The position numbers and the translations under genes were made by a program. Below, piece by piece: positions 44,335 through 53,735 of a stretch of 64,000 nt of DNA; the first letter of the stretch is position 1; the number at the start of each line of letters is the position of its first letter. Origin of the DNA: a virus; the IMG/VR virus record IMGVR_UViG_3300027985_000918, positions 7,482 through 71,481 of that record; one strand, written 5' to 3'. The notes under the pieces were generated by a model. It was not told the origin of the DNA and made no database searches. It saw only the letters and a program-made list of their open reading frames with translations.

Positions 44335-44832
44335 ATGGGTGTCAGCTATTCAATGGCAGTGGTGATCGGGGTCGAGGTCCCTCTAGATTGGGTGTTCACC
44401 CAGGTGACACACATCCCGGAGTGGTGCCATCACTCGAAGAACCAGGACGCTCAATTCTGCCCCTCCTGTGGCCTCGAAAGGCCTCAGCCGAGGAAGACCA
44501 AAGAGATCTCGAAGGAGATGGTGGCTCAGGTCGCCAAGCTGGGGCCCGATCTGGACGTGTACGATTTCCTCTACGGCGGAAACCTCAGTCAACTGTTGCC
44601 TGACGGCTTGGGGCTGTGGTTTTTCTATGACAACCTCCGCAACCGGGTGATGCTCGCAGGGCTGTCTCTGGCAGAGTTCGAGGATCCCAAGTGGGGCGGG
44701 GTTCCCGCCTACCAGGCGAGTGGGTTGCCGGCGATCCCGACCGAGCAAGAGATCGCCTCCGCCTTGGAAGCTGTGGGCATCCCCTATGTCCCTGGGAGCT
44801 ATGGGCTTCACACCACCTGCATGGGGAGTTGA
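44335..44832 (+). CDS. hypothetical Zn-ribbon protein
   Basis: AGGAG RBS, FCPSCG. Confidence 0.65.
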   Translation: MGVSYSMAVVIGVEVPLDWVFTQVTHIPEWCHHSKNQDAQFCPSCGLERPQPRKTKEISKEMVAQVAKLGPDLDVYDFLYGGNLSQLLPDGLGLWFFYDNLRNRVMLAGLSLAEFEDPKWGGVPAYQASGLPAIPTEQEIASALEAVGIPYVPGSYGLHTTCMGS

Positions 44833-44834
44833 GG

Positions 44835-45851
44835 ATGGGCTGGGAAGACTTGCTGGCCCCGGAAGGAGGCAACGAAAGAGTCCTCCCCTGGACGGGTGGC
44901 CGTCAGGTCTACGGAGAAGGCCGTACTTGGAATATCCAGGGAAGGGTTCCCCCCGAGCACGGCTGGTACACCTTCGTCACGACGGCTGGGCGGAAGGCCC
45001 GCCTGGTGGGGGAAGCTGATCCAAACCTCGACTACGAGAAGGGGCGGGTTGTCTTGCGGGGGTACTTGGTGGGTGACCGGCTCATTCCGGACAATGCTCG
45101 TGTCACCCCGGATCCCAACCTCCTCATCGACCAGACTCTCCCGGTGTATCTTGCTGAACCAGGACTGGACCGTTTCGCACGGGTTATCGTGGCCGAAAGA
45201 GAAGACGGGCAGCTCATCTACGTCCGGCAGGAGTTCCCGGCGGGTCCTGAACTGGAAGTTGAGATGGCGTATCAGGATCGCAAGGACTCCCTAGACGGCA
45301 TCAAGGACGTGACCCCTCCACTTGACCTAGCTTTCCGATGGCTGTCCCACCAGCGCTGGCTGGCCGAGGAACGCCGCAGGGAGCTGGAGAGGCAGCGGAT
45401 CGAAGAAGAAGCCCGCCTCCAGGCGGCGGCCCGGATGAACCAACTCCGGGAAAGCATGGGGAGTCCCAATGCAAGGCGGGAGGTCGCCGTCGAGGACTTT
45501 GAGCTGGCTGCGAGGGCAGCTCTGGCGGTGACCAATTCCGAACTGCTTGACTCCCGGCCTGGGTATGAACGGCACGAGATGATCGTCCAGTACAAGGTGC
45601 GGGAACGTCGGCTGGAGTGCGTGGTTGACCGAAGGACCCTCCGCATCGTCGATGCCGGGATTTGCCTACAGGACTCCCTTACCGGGGAGAAGGGGGATAC
45701 CAGGTTCACCCTGGAAAGCCTGCCCTCCGTGGTTGAGGAAGCTCTGGACACCCATCGGCTGGTGGTATGGCGCCACGTCCCTGGGGATGTGGAATACCGC
45801 TACGATGATGACGATGATGACGATGACGACATCGAAGACGAGGACTGGTAG
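44835..45851 (+). CDS. candidate divergent E2-like (UBC-fold) protein
   Basis: C-terminal IVDAGICL...FTLESLPSVV recalls the E2 catalytic-Cys region; adjacent to JAB, Ubl and E1. Confidence 0.45.
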   Translation: MGWEDLLAPEGGNERVLPWTGGRQVYGEGRTWNIQGRVPPEHGWYTFVTTAGRKARLVGEADPNLDYEKGRVVLRGYLVGDRLIPDNARVTPDPNLLIDQTLPVYLAEPGLDRFARVIVAEREDGQLIYVRQEFPAGPELEVEMAYQDRKDSLDGIKDVTPPLDLAFRWLSHQRWLAEERRRELERQRIEEEARLQAAARMNQLRESMGSPNARREVAVEDFELAARAALAVTNSELLDSRPGYERHEMIVQYKVRERRLECVVDRRTLRIVDAGICLQDSLTGEKGDTRFTLESLPSVVEEALDTHRLVVWRHVPGDVEYRYDDDDDDDDDIEDEDW

Positions 45852-45854
45852 ACC

Positions 45855-46280
45855 GTGAATACCCTCAGTGAGTACCCAGAATCTCCGATTGAGACGGCCC
45901 TGGTGTTCGATACCCAGGGGCGGACTCTTCACTGGCATCTCCCCCCGGGGCGTTCCGGGGGATACCTGCCAGACTCCCAAGACCTTTGGGATGTTCTCTG
46001 GCGTCACCGTCTCAAAGGGGACGGTGACGGCCAACTCGGGGGGGTGGCCCACACTCACCCTTGGGTTGGGAGATCTGGGTACTCGCACACGGACGTAACC
46101 ACGTTCTCCGCAGTGGAGAATGGGCTAGGCCAACGGCTGCTGTGGCCTATCGCCACGTTCGACGACATCCGTTGGTTCACCTGGGTCGGACCAGAGAGTT
46201 TCCAGTACTCGGAGGTTCCCCCGCCCTTCCAGTTGAAGGACCTGAGCAAACTTCGACTTCTGTCTGGAGGTTCTCGATGA
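45855..46280 (+). CDS. JAB/MPN+ metallopeptidase
   Basis: N-terminal Glu (PIETA), HTHP....YSHTD JAMM motif. Confidence 0.85.
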   Translation: MNTLSEYPESPIETALVFDTQGRTLHWHLPPGRSGGYLPDSQDLWDVLWRHRLKGDGDGQLGGVAHTHPWVGRSGYSHTDVTTFSAVENGLGQRLLWPIATFDDIRWFTWVGPESFQYSEVPPPFQLKDLSKLRLLSGGSR

Positions 46281-46642
46281 GCGCCGTGCTTCACATCAAG
46301 GCCCGTTGGGCAGATAGCGTCATGGTGGCTCCCGCACCTGCAGCCAAGATTGTTCAGACGGGGGATCGGTGGGAGCTGATCCTCAAAATCGCCGACAATG
46401 GCGCCGCTCTGAGCGTTTACCTGTCTCCAGGGGCTACTGCCCAAAGAGGCGACCAGGGGGTATGGGTCTTGGAGAAGCTGGGGGAGGGGGTTTACACCCT
46501 CAATCCCTCTGTGCTCAGCAACACCATCGCTATCCAGGTTCCGGGTCACGGCATGGTCCCGTTCCATGCTTACGTTGTGCTGTACGGATGCCCCAATGAC
46601 CTGGGTGGTTACCCGGAGACCGATCGACCCCCAGGCAGGTAA
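46277..46642 (+). CDS. hypothetical protein in Ubl operon
   Basis: ATGA overlap with JAB; W...YTLNPSV...FHAYV motif. Confidence 0.6.
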   Translation: MSAVLHIKARWADSVMVAPAPAAKIVQTGDRWELILKIADNGAALSVYLSPGATAQRGDQGVWVLEKLGEGVYTLNPSVLSNTIAIQVPGHGMVPFHAYVVLYGCPNDLGGYPETDRPPGR

Positions 46643-46698
46643 CAGATCCCCTAATTCGGGTAGGGGAGTAGGATCTACAGGCACAGGGGAGAGTCATC

Positions 46699-46977
46699 AT
46701 GGTGGACAACGAAATCATGGAAGTGGGCGAGCAGTTTGCTGTTCTGGAGTTCACGTACAATGGGGAGCAGGGGACGGTGGACAGCCCGGTCCGTTTCGAC
46801 CTGCCGGACTCCTCGGTGGTCGAGATGGCACAGGAGGCTCTGCGGTCGGGTGATGTCACCGGCATCACTGCCGACAATACCGCCGACCTGACCGATTACA
46901 AGGTTGGGAGGTACCCCGCCAAGGATGGTCTGCCAAACCGCTTCAGCCTCCGACCGAAGACCCCATTCGGGGGATGA
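46699..46977 (+). CDS. ubiquitin-like (beta-grasp) protein
   Basis: 92 aa ending RFSLRPKTPFGG*; lies between JAB and E1. Confidence 0.75.
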   Translation: MVDNEIMEVGEQFAVLEFTYNGEQGTVDSPVRFDLPDSSVVEMAQEALRSGDVTGITADNTADLTDYKVGRYPAKDGLPNRFSLRPKTPFGG

Positions 46978-47177
46978 TCACGATATTCAAAGCAATCCAT
47001 TGCCCTGAGTGCGATTCTTCCCTGTTACTTGGGCTACATGTCCATGACCCGGATACGAGAAGGCTGAATAGCCACCAAACCTTCAGATGCCGGAATTGCA
47101 GCCACGAGTGGGTGTCCGAGATTGTCTCGGAGCACCACAAGAACCTACTACGCCAAGAGCACACCACTACCATTTAG
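46974..47177 (+). CDS. small Zn-ribbon protein
   Basis: CPEC...CRNC; ATGA overlap with Ubl. Confidence 0.55.
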   Translation: MITIFKAIHCPECDSSLLLGLHVHDPDTRRLNSHQTFRCRNCSHEWVSEIVSEHHKNLLRQEHTTTI

Positions 47178-47193
47178 GGGCAAGGGGAGCGAT

Positions 47194-47760
47194 ATGACGG
47201 TCATCGTAGGGCTACTCGAAAGGTCCACAAACCGGATCTATATCGGAGGAGATTCCGCAGGTGTGTGTGGTACTCTGATCCAACCCGTGAGGCAGCCTAA
47301 GGTTTTCGCCAGGGGGCCTTTTCTACTGGGACACACATCTACGTTTCGGATCGGCAACCTCTTGCAATACGGGGGGGAAATCCCCACTCCCCCGGAGGGT
47401 GTCGACTTGCCCCGGTGGATGTCCACCGTTTTCGTAGATGCCATTCGAGGCATCATGAAGGATGGGGGGCATGCCATGAAAAACAACGACAGGGAATCTA
47501 GTGGGGTTTTCATCGTCGGCGTCAAGGGTAAGCTATTCCGGTTCGAGAGCGATTACGGTTTCACGGACTCACACGACGATTACCTCTGTGCGGGGGCTGG
47601 CGAGGATTTCGCCCACGGCTCACTCCAGAGTACCGGAGCCTTGAACCTTCCGGGGAGAAAGCGTGTGGAGTTGGCCTTGGAGGCTACTGCCCATCATTGC
47701 ACGGCGGTGACTGGTCCTTTCCAAATCCTCTGCTCTGAAGAGGAGGGAGGCAGCAGGTGA
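47194..47760 (+). CDS. Ntn-hydrolase, proteasome-beta/HslV-like peptidase
   Basis: M-T-VIVG (Thr1), GGDS, KVF, GAGEDFAHGSL. Confidence 0.75.
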   Translation: MTVIVGLLERSTNRIYIGGDSAGVCGTLIQPVRQPKVFARGPFLLGHTSTFRIGNLLQYGGEIPTPPEGVDLPRWMSTVFVDAIRGIMKDGGHAMKNNDRESSGVFIVGVKGKLFRFESDYGFTDSHDDYLCAGAGEDFAHGSLQSTGALNLPGRKRVELALEATAHHCTAVTGPFQILCSEEEGGSR

Positions 47761-48335
47761 GATCTGTCATCATCATCGGCGCCGGTGCGCTGGGTTCCCA
47801 CGTTCTTCTGTTCGGGAGGAACTGGGATGCCGACATCACAGCCATCGACTTTGACAAGGTCGAGCAGAAGAATACCCAGAGCCAGGTTCACACCCGGATG
47901 GCTCTGCGGAGGAACAAAGCCCTGGCCATGCAGCAGCTCCTGAACGGGATGTTCGGAGTCCGCATCAAAGCGGTCCCCAACAAGCTGACGGAGGCCAACG
48001 TCAGGCAACTCCTGTCGGGGGCCGACCTCCTACTCGATTGCACAGACAACATCGAGGTGAGGGTCCTCATCCAGACCTTCGCTCAGCAGAACAATATCCC
48101 GTGCCTGCACGGGGGGCTGACCGCTGACGGGACATTCGGCCAGTGCCTCTGGACCGAAGAGTTCACCCCGGACCCGGAAGGAGAGCCAGGGGCAGCCACA
48201 TGCGAGAATGGGGATCACCTCCCCTTCTTCGCTGCGGTCGCCTCCCGGATGGCGGTCGCCGCCCAGCGTTTTCTCAACACCGGAGAGAAGCGGTCCTTCG
48301 AGGTGGCCCTCTCGGGATCCAAGAGAGTTTCGTAG
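47757..48335 (+). CDS. ThiF/E1-like activating enzyme
   Basis: IIGAGALGS, DFDKVEQKN..Q, NKA, LDCTDN..R, candidate catalytic Cys in ATCE. Confidence 0.88.
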   Translation: MRSVIIIGAGALGSHVLLFGRNWDADITAIDFDKVEQKNTQSQVHTRMALRRNKALAMQQLLNGMFGVRIKAVPNKLTEANVRQLLSGADLLLDCTDNIEVRVLIQTFAQQNNIPCLHGGLTADGTFGQCLWTEEFTPDPEGEPGAATCENGDHLPFFAAVASRMAVAAQRFLNTGEKRSFEVALSGSKRVS

Positions 48336-48465
48336 CCCTCTTCTGGGTTCTTCTTCAGAATGAAGAATCCAGGTAACCCGACCTCCTTGCTGAGTAGGTG
48401 GCTCAGAACGATGATGGCTCAGAGGAGCCAATAAGAAGTGGCACCGAACAGGAAGGAGAACACAG

Positions 48466-48993
48466 ATGATCACGCTCAAGTCGCTGGAAAACCTGTGGGT
48501 CCATCGCCAGCAGTGGGATCTCTTCGAGCAGTTCCTCGGGGGCCGAGAGGGTGTGGAACCCACGCCGGAGGTGATCCGAGAAGCCGCACTGTTCGGGTTG
48601 GATGTTGTGGGGGCCAGGGATGCCGGCCTGCTTCAACTCCCCGATGGGCCGATCGATTTCAAGATGGGCTGTCGAGTGTGGTACCTTGACGGTGAGGTTT
48701 CACGGGAAGACGGCCCGGCCATCGACTGGGGCCAAGGGGCCCAGCATTGGTTCCTTCACGGGAAGCGTCACCGGGTGGATGGTCCGGCTATCCTGCGGGC
48801 CAACGGCCACCAGGAGTGGTGGCTCCACGACCTCAGGCACCGTGAGGATGGGCCGGCGGTCGTGCGGAGCGATGGCACCAAGGAATGGTGGCTCCATGGG
48901 GAGCGCATCCGGGTTGAGCGGGCCGATGGCTGCACGGAATGGTACCAAGATAGGAAGTGCGTTCGGGTTGAGTGGGCTGTTCGCCCCGCCTAG
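48466..48993 (+). CDS. HRxDGPA-repeat protein
   Basis: repeats of W..G..HR.DGPA. Confidence 0.75.
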   Translation: MITLKSLENLWVHRQQWDLFEQFLGGREGVEPTPEVIREAALFGLDVVGARDAGLLQLPDGPIDFKMGCRVWYLDGEVSREDGPAIDWGQGAQHWFLHGKRHRVDGPAILRANGHQEWWLHDLRHREDGPAVVRSDGTKEWWLHGERIRVERADGCTEWYQDRKCVRVEWAVRPA

Positions 48994-49435
48994 GGGATAA
49001 CAACACCCCAGGGATCGAGTAGTGGGGTGTGATTGGGGGGCAGTGACGATCTCAAAGAAGCACGGTGTGGTGTGGAGAGGTCCGAGCCCTCTGAGAGGGT
49101 CTCCAGCATGACCCTGAATTGAGAGCTGGCGTGGGGTGAGAGTCCCCGGCCCATGCAGAGGCTGAGGCATCCTGGGGGTGCCCATAGTCCGGCGGCTTCT
49201 GCGTAAACCCTGCAACAGTGCCTGGACTGAAGCAATGGGTGAGGGCTCTGACAACCAGGCTACAACGGGGAACGGGTCGTTTTACATTTGTGCCGATAGG
49301 AGCCTAAGGGCGGCTTCCCCCAGTACCCGAGCGGGGTCCCCCCGGCCACACCATGCCGGGGGGACCCATTCCGCAATTCCGGTTGGACCAGCCCTTCGGT
49401 GGAGAGGCTATCGCCCTCTCCTCAGGAGGGGTGAC

Positions 49436-49660
49436 ATGATCGAGATCGTCTATTGCCGCTGCGTCAGGAAGCAAGCCCAACTTGCCCGGGATCGGTTGGT
49501 AGCCGCAGGCTTTCAGGTCGAAATGAGGGCGGTACTGCGCCCCCTCTATCTGGTCATCAAGGCGGGCGCTACGACGATCTGGAGTAGGGGTTTTGGGAAA
49601 CCTCTACCTTCCCAGGAAGCCCTGGGGGAAATGGCCCGCCAGGCTATCTTAGGCAGGTAG
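49436..49660 (+). CDS. small Rdx/SelW-like protein
   Basis: IEIVYCRC...IWSR...LP pattern, AGGAGG RBS. Confidence 0.45.
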   Translation: MIEIVYCRCVRKQAQLARDRLVAAGFQVEMRAVLRPLYLVIKAGATTIWSRGFGKPLPSQEALGEMARQAILGR

Positions 49661-49720
49661 CTCAGTCGACATTACAACTCGTAGGTTGGGGAATTCCGAA
49701 CTGTTCCCTGCCTACACCTT

Positions 49721-49793
49721 GCCCTCGTAGCTCAGCGGATAGAGCACTGGTTTCCTAAACCAGGTGTCGCAGGTTCAAGTCCTGCCGGGGGTA
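49721..49793 (+). tRNA. tRNA-Arg(CCT)
   Basis: canonical cloverleaf, loop TTCCTAA. Confidence 0.93.
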
Positions 49794-49862
49794 CTATCTT
49801 CTTGCGGTAGAGCGTCTATGGCCCGTCTCAGTAGACGGGCCCAGATCCCGCAAGGAGAACTG

Positions 49863-51371
49863 ATGTCATACAAGGTAGAACCGAAGGTTTCTCTCGATGA
49901 GTCCGCCGAGATCCAGGGGCTGAGCGAGAAGGGTTCCCCGGTCAATGCTGACATCGTGGTCATCGAGGACTCAGCAGACGCCTACAGCAAGAAAAAGGTC
50001 CAACTCGGGAACCTTCCTGGGGGGGGAGGCGGCGGTGAGACTATCACCACCGAGTACATCGCATCTCTGCCGACGGCAACCTCCCAGGATATCACTCACC
50101 CTGCGGTGTCTATGACATACACTTCGGAGGCGATTGACGCTTCCTCCTGGGCTTTGGTTCCTGGAGATTCCGGGAACGATTGGACTATGGGGTTCGAGGT
50201 AGAGCCGAACATCCTATATGACGACAGGAACGTCAGTGGGCGGAGCTTCACCCGTAGCGCAGCCGCCATTGGGGAGTTCGATGGCGCTGTGGACCCAGGA
50301 GTCCAGGCGTACTGCAAGATCAAGTTCGTGGGCAATCCCACCATCTACACAATCAAGACCCTGACAGGAGACGGAACTGGGATTGGATCCGTCGAGCTGA
50401 ACGCCGATCCAGGTGCTGGTACATTCACCGTGGAGTACATCCACGGTTTTATTGGGTACAACGGTGCTTGGCTAAACCGGGAAGACCTCGGGTCTGGCTA
50501 TACAGTCCCGAAAAACTACTGGTACACTTTCATCTTCGATGACCCCAACGCTTTCTCAAAAACAGAGTATCCTTCAGGGACAGACATGTCTGGTTGGGGG
50601 GCTATCACGTCGATGCGCCCCTCCTACTCGGGATACCACACATACCCCAACCAGTACGTCCGGTATGCGATCAGCAATGACACTGGAACAACATGGTACT
50701 ACTACAATGGAGTAGCGTGGGTTGGGTTCGATGGGGATGTGACTAACGGGAAAAATTGGATCAATGCCCCCACCCTGACTCCTGTTGGGCATCTACTGGA
50801 CGCCGCCGCTGCTGTGGATGCGGGTGGCGGTATTGTCACCATCTCCTGTTCCGGCCACACCATCCGTCCAGGGATGACGGTGACCATTGCAGGGACTACG
50901 AACTACAACGGCGATTTCCTAGTGACAGCCATCACTTTCGGAACGTCTTTCAGCGTCCAGGCCACTTACGTCCCAGAAGTTTTTGGGGGGGCAGAGACTG
51001 TCAGCTACGGGCCTCCGCAGGGATTGGTGGACCAGTCTTCTGGTGGGCTTTACGACTCTCTGGCTACCACAGAGATCACCTACGACAGTGCAGTGTGGGC
51101 TGCCATGCCCCAGCCGTCAGGGGCAGACGAGATGAGGGTTCGTGGGGCTGTTTTCTCGAACAATGACGACTGGCCCCCCTACAGTTACGTCTGGAGCATC
51201 GCTTACGACCTCAGCTCGTTCCGCCGAAAAATGACCCCAGGATACTCCACAATGTACCTGGGGAACTCGGGGGATGTTGAGTATCGTCGGGTTGATACTA
51301 CCACACTTCGGGTGACTAACATGCGGTCTTTCGATTTGACTGAGATGGTGGTCCGCATCCGCACTCCGTGA
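49863..51371 (+). CDS. putative virion structural/fibre protein
   Basis: Thr/Gly/Tyr-rich beta protein; GH....G.TVTIAG..YNG.F.V module; lower GC. Confidence 0.6.
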   Translation: MSYKVEPKVSLDESAEIQGLSEKGSPVNADIVVIEDSADAYSKKKVQLGNLPGGGGGGETITTEYIASLPTATSQDITHPAVSMTYTSEAIDASSWALVPGDSGNDWTMGFEVEPNILYDDRNVSGRSFTRSAAAIGEFDGAVDPGVQAYCKIKFVGNPTIYTIKTLTGDGTGIGSVELNADPGAGTFTVEYIHGFIGYNGAWLNREDLGSGYTVPKNYWYTFIFDDPNAFSKTEYPSGTDMSGWGAITSMRPSYSGYHTYPNQYVRYAISNDTGTTWYYYNGVAWVGFDGDVTNGKNWINAPTLTPVGHLLDAAAAVDAGGGIVTISCSGHTIRPGMTVTIAGTTNYNGDFLVTAITFGTSFSVQATYVPEVFGGAETVSYGPPQGLVDQSSGGLYDSLATTEITYDSAVWAAMPQPSGADEMRVRGAVFSNNDDWPPYSYVWSIAYDLSSFRRKMTPGYSTMYLGNSGDVEYRRVDTTTLRVTNMRSFDLTEMVVRIRTP

Positions 51372-51379
51372 GGTGACTT

Positions 51380-51751
51380 GTGATTGAGTTCTTCGACAAC
51401 CTATTGATCCCCCGACTGGAGACCACCCAGAAAGAGATTTTGGGGCTTCTCCAAGTGGAAAATCTGGAAGACGCCCGGAAAATGGTGTCTCCAACCATCC
51501 TAAAATCTCAGAGGGAGCACAATGATGCTCTACTAGGTGATGTTCTGCTAGCCCAAGCGTTGCTCAAGTTCGTGGATGTTTTGAACCACACTCTTGACCG
51601 CCACGGTTCACCTCCCGAAACCCTCGCTATGGCCGCCCACCGGGCGGAGAAAGCGGCCAAGCTAGAAGCCTATCTGGTGGAACACCCCGAAGAAAGGGAA
51701 CTGCATGCCCGGGAACTCGACACACTGACCCGAAAGCGCCGAGTTTTGTAG
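51380..51751 (+). CDS. hypothetical protein
   Basis: GAGG RBS, 123 aa. Confidence 0.6.
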   Translation: MIEFFDNLLIPRLETTQKEILGLLQVENLEDARKMVSPTILKSQREHNDALLGDVLLAQALLKFVDVLNHTLDRHGSPPETLAMAAHRAEKAAKLEAYLVEHPEERELHARELDTLTRKRRVL

Positions 51752-51914
51752 GCCTTAAAGATCTCACAATAGGGTGGGGGAAGGGTCCCCCAGCCGGCGG
51801 TGTCCCAATGTATGACAATCGGTTTTTTGGGCTTTGCCTACGGCACACCCAGGTAACCTCACCCTTTTCCCGGGTACACCACATACCTGTTGGAAGACAC
51901 CCAAGGAGAGAGCT

Positions 51915-52187
51915 ATGTTCAAGCGTGGCGAGAAGTGGGACAACAACTGGAACATGCCCCCCGGTTCGGCGGACCTGAAGCCATCCCTCATGGACAAGGT
52001 CCTCATCGGGTCTATGCGGGGGTTCGGAGGGTTCCACGACACATCCAACACCACCGAGGAATGGCATATGGATCCCAACCACCGTCCCGACTCAGACGAC
52101 TTCAAGCTGGTAGGCAAGATGCGGGGGTTCTTGGGGCTGCTCGGCCTGAGCAAGCTCCCCTCATCGGGGGAAGGTACCACAAAATGA
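51915..52187 (+). CDS. hypothetical protein
   Basis: AAGGAG RBS, upstream GGTAAC motif. Confidence 0.55.
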   Translation: MFKRGEKWDNNWNMPPGSADLKPSLMDKVLIGSMRGFGGFHDTSNTTEEWHMDPNHRPDSDDFKLVGKMRGFLGLLGLSKLPSSGEGTTK

Positions 52188-52741
52188 ACCGGGCGCACTG
52201 CCCGTACTGCGGGGGTACTTTCGATCAAGTGGAGACATGGCCTCGAACCTGCACTTCTTGTGGGAACCCGTGTTTCCAAAGTCCCTGGCCCGTCGTTAAC
52301 ATGGTCCTCCCATGCGAGGGGGGAATTGTCGCCATCCGGCGCAATCTGACCCCTTTCCTCGGGGGTTTGGCTTTCCCTGGGGGGTACATCGACCACGCCG
52401 AGGACTGGAGGGTGGCTGCCCGGAGAGAGGTGCGGGAGGAACTGGGGCTCGACCTAGAGGGGGTACCTCGACTCATTGGACCACCGTACTCGACTCGGTC
52501 GAACTACCTTGCCCTGTTCGTTACGCTTCCCATTCCTGAAGGATTGCGGCTGACGGACATCCCAGCCTTCCACGATCCCCAGGGGGTTTCCAAGGGGGAG
52601 ATCTCGGAGGTTCTCCTGATCAACCCTGCCCGTCGTGACCAGTTCCGGTTGGGTGTTCCTGCTCATGACCGCATCTGGAGGATCCTTCAGTTTCACGACG
52701 ACATCCGCTACGAGCTGCCCCTCGTAGGCGACGAGAACTGA
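52184..52741 (+). CDS. Zn-ribbon Nudix hydrolase
   Basis: CPYCG..CTSCG; FPGG.....EDWRVAARREVREELG. Confidence 0.85.
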   Translation: MNRAHCPYCGGTFDQVETWPRTCTSCGNPCFQSPWPVVNMVLPCEGGIVAIRRNLTPFLGGLAFPGGYIDHAEDWRVAARREVREELGLDLEGVPRLIGPPYSTRSNYLALFVTLPIPEGLRLTDIPAFHDPQGVSKGEISEVLLINPARRDQFRLGVPAHDRIWRILQFHDDIRYELPLVGDEN

Positions 52742-52897
52742 TCGCCCCTAAGTTCAGATCAAGCTACAATGGGTCAGCCGGAGCCCCCGGCTGATCTTGG
52801 TGAGTGCCCGCCGGGGTACTTGTTCAGTCAACGGAGGTCCAGGATCATGTGCCTGCATATAAGAGCGAGTGCCCCCTTGTAGGGCCCAAGGAGAGGG

Positions 52898-53446
52898 ATG
52901 ATGGACACGCTCGTACTCGACTACACGTACAGGCCAATCTCCAAGGTCTCGTGGCGGAAGGCTTTCGGCTGGATGTGGGCCGGACGTGTCGAAGTCGTCG
53001 AGGCCTATGCCGACAAGGTGATCCGGTCGGCCCAGATGAGCTGGCCCATGCCGTCCATCGTCCGCTTTCTCGACAGGGTGGCTGGGGTTTTCCGCCGCAA
53101 GGGGGTGAAGTTCAATCGGAAGAATGTGTACCTTCGAGACAAAGGCCGGTGTCAATACTGTGGCAACTTGGTCAAGTTCGATGAGTACACCTATGATCAC
53201 GTCACCCCCGCCTCCAAGGGTGGGGAAACCCTGTGGGAGAACATCGTCGTGTCCTGCTTGCCCTGCAACCAGAAGAAAGCCGACCGCACCCCACAGCAGG
53301 CGGGGATGAAGCCGCTCCGCTCTCCGGATAAGCCAAAGAGTTTGCCTGGCGGTAATCCAATGCCGGTTCAATGGGATGAGCACATGCCGGAGTCCTGGAA
53401 GGACTGGCTAACCTCAGTATCGTACTGGACGGAAGAGTTGGGCTGA
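52898..53446 (+). CDS. HNH endonuclease (McrA-like)
   Basis: RD..CQYCG..TYDHV.P.SKGG..WENIV.SC.PCN.KK. Confidence 0.9.
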   Translation: MMDTLVLDYTYRPISKVSWRKAFGWMWAGRVEVVEAYADKVIRSAQMSWPMPSIVRFLDRVAGVFRRKGVKFNRKNVYLRDKGRCQYCGNLVKFDEYTYDHVTPASKGGETLWENIVVSCLPCNQKKADRTPQQAGMKPLRSPDKPKSLPGGNPMPVQWDEHMPESWKDWLTSVSYWTEELG

Positions 53447-53491
53447 CTTCTGATTCCTGCTGAGCTACGATTCCGGGGAAGACCCCGTCGG

Positions 53492-53734
53492 CTACTGGTC
53501 GGCGGGGTTTTTCTGTTTGAGAGAGATGGCCTGGTTGGGGATGAGGTTCTGGATCTCGTCCGCTACTCCCTCCAGGAACTCAGCCAGGGTCTCCAGGTCC
53601 GTGGCATCCATCGGGACCAAAGATCGGTTTTCTTCGTAGGAGAAGGGGCTTTGGGAAACGGTGTGCCTCAGATCTTTGGCATACCCCCGAAGCCCGGAGA
53701 TAGAGTCTAGAAGGTCATGGACGTTGACGCCCAC
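53492..53734 (-). CDS. hypothetical protein
   Basis: 80 aa, coupled to the upstream gene. Confidence 0.5.
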   Translation of the reverse strand: MGVNVHDLLDSISGLRGYAKDLRHTVSQSPFSYEENRSLVPMDATDLETLAEFLEGVADEIQNLIPNQAISLKQKNPADQ

Positions 53735-53735
53735 G

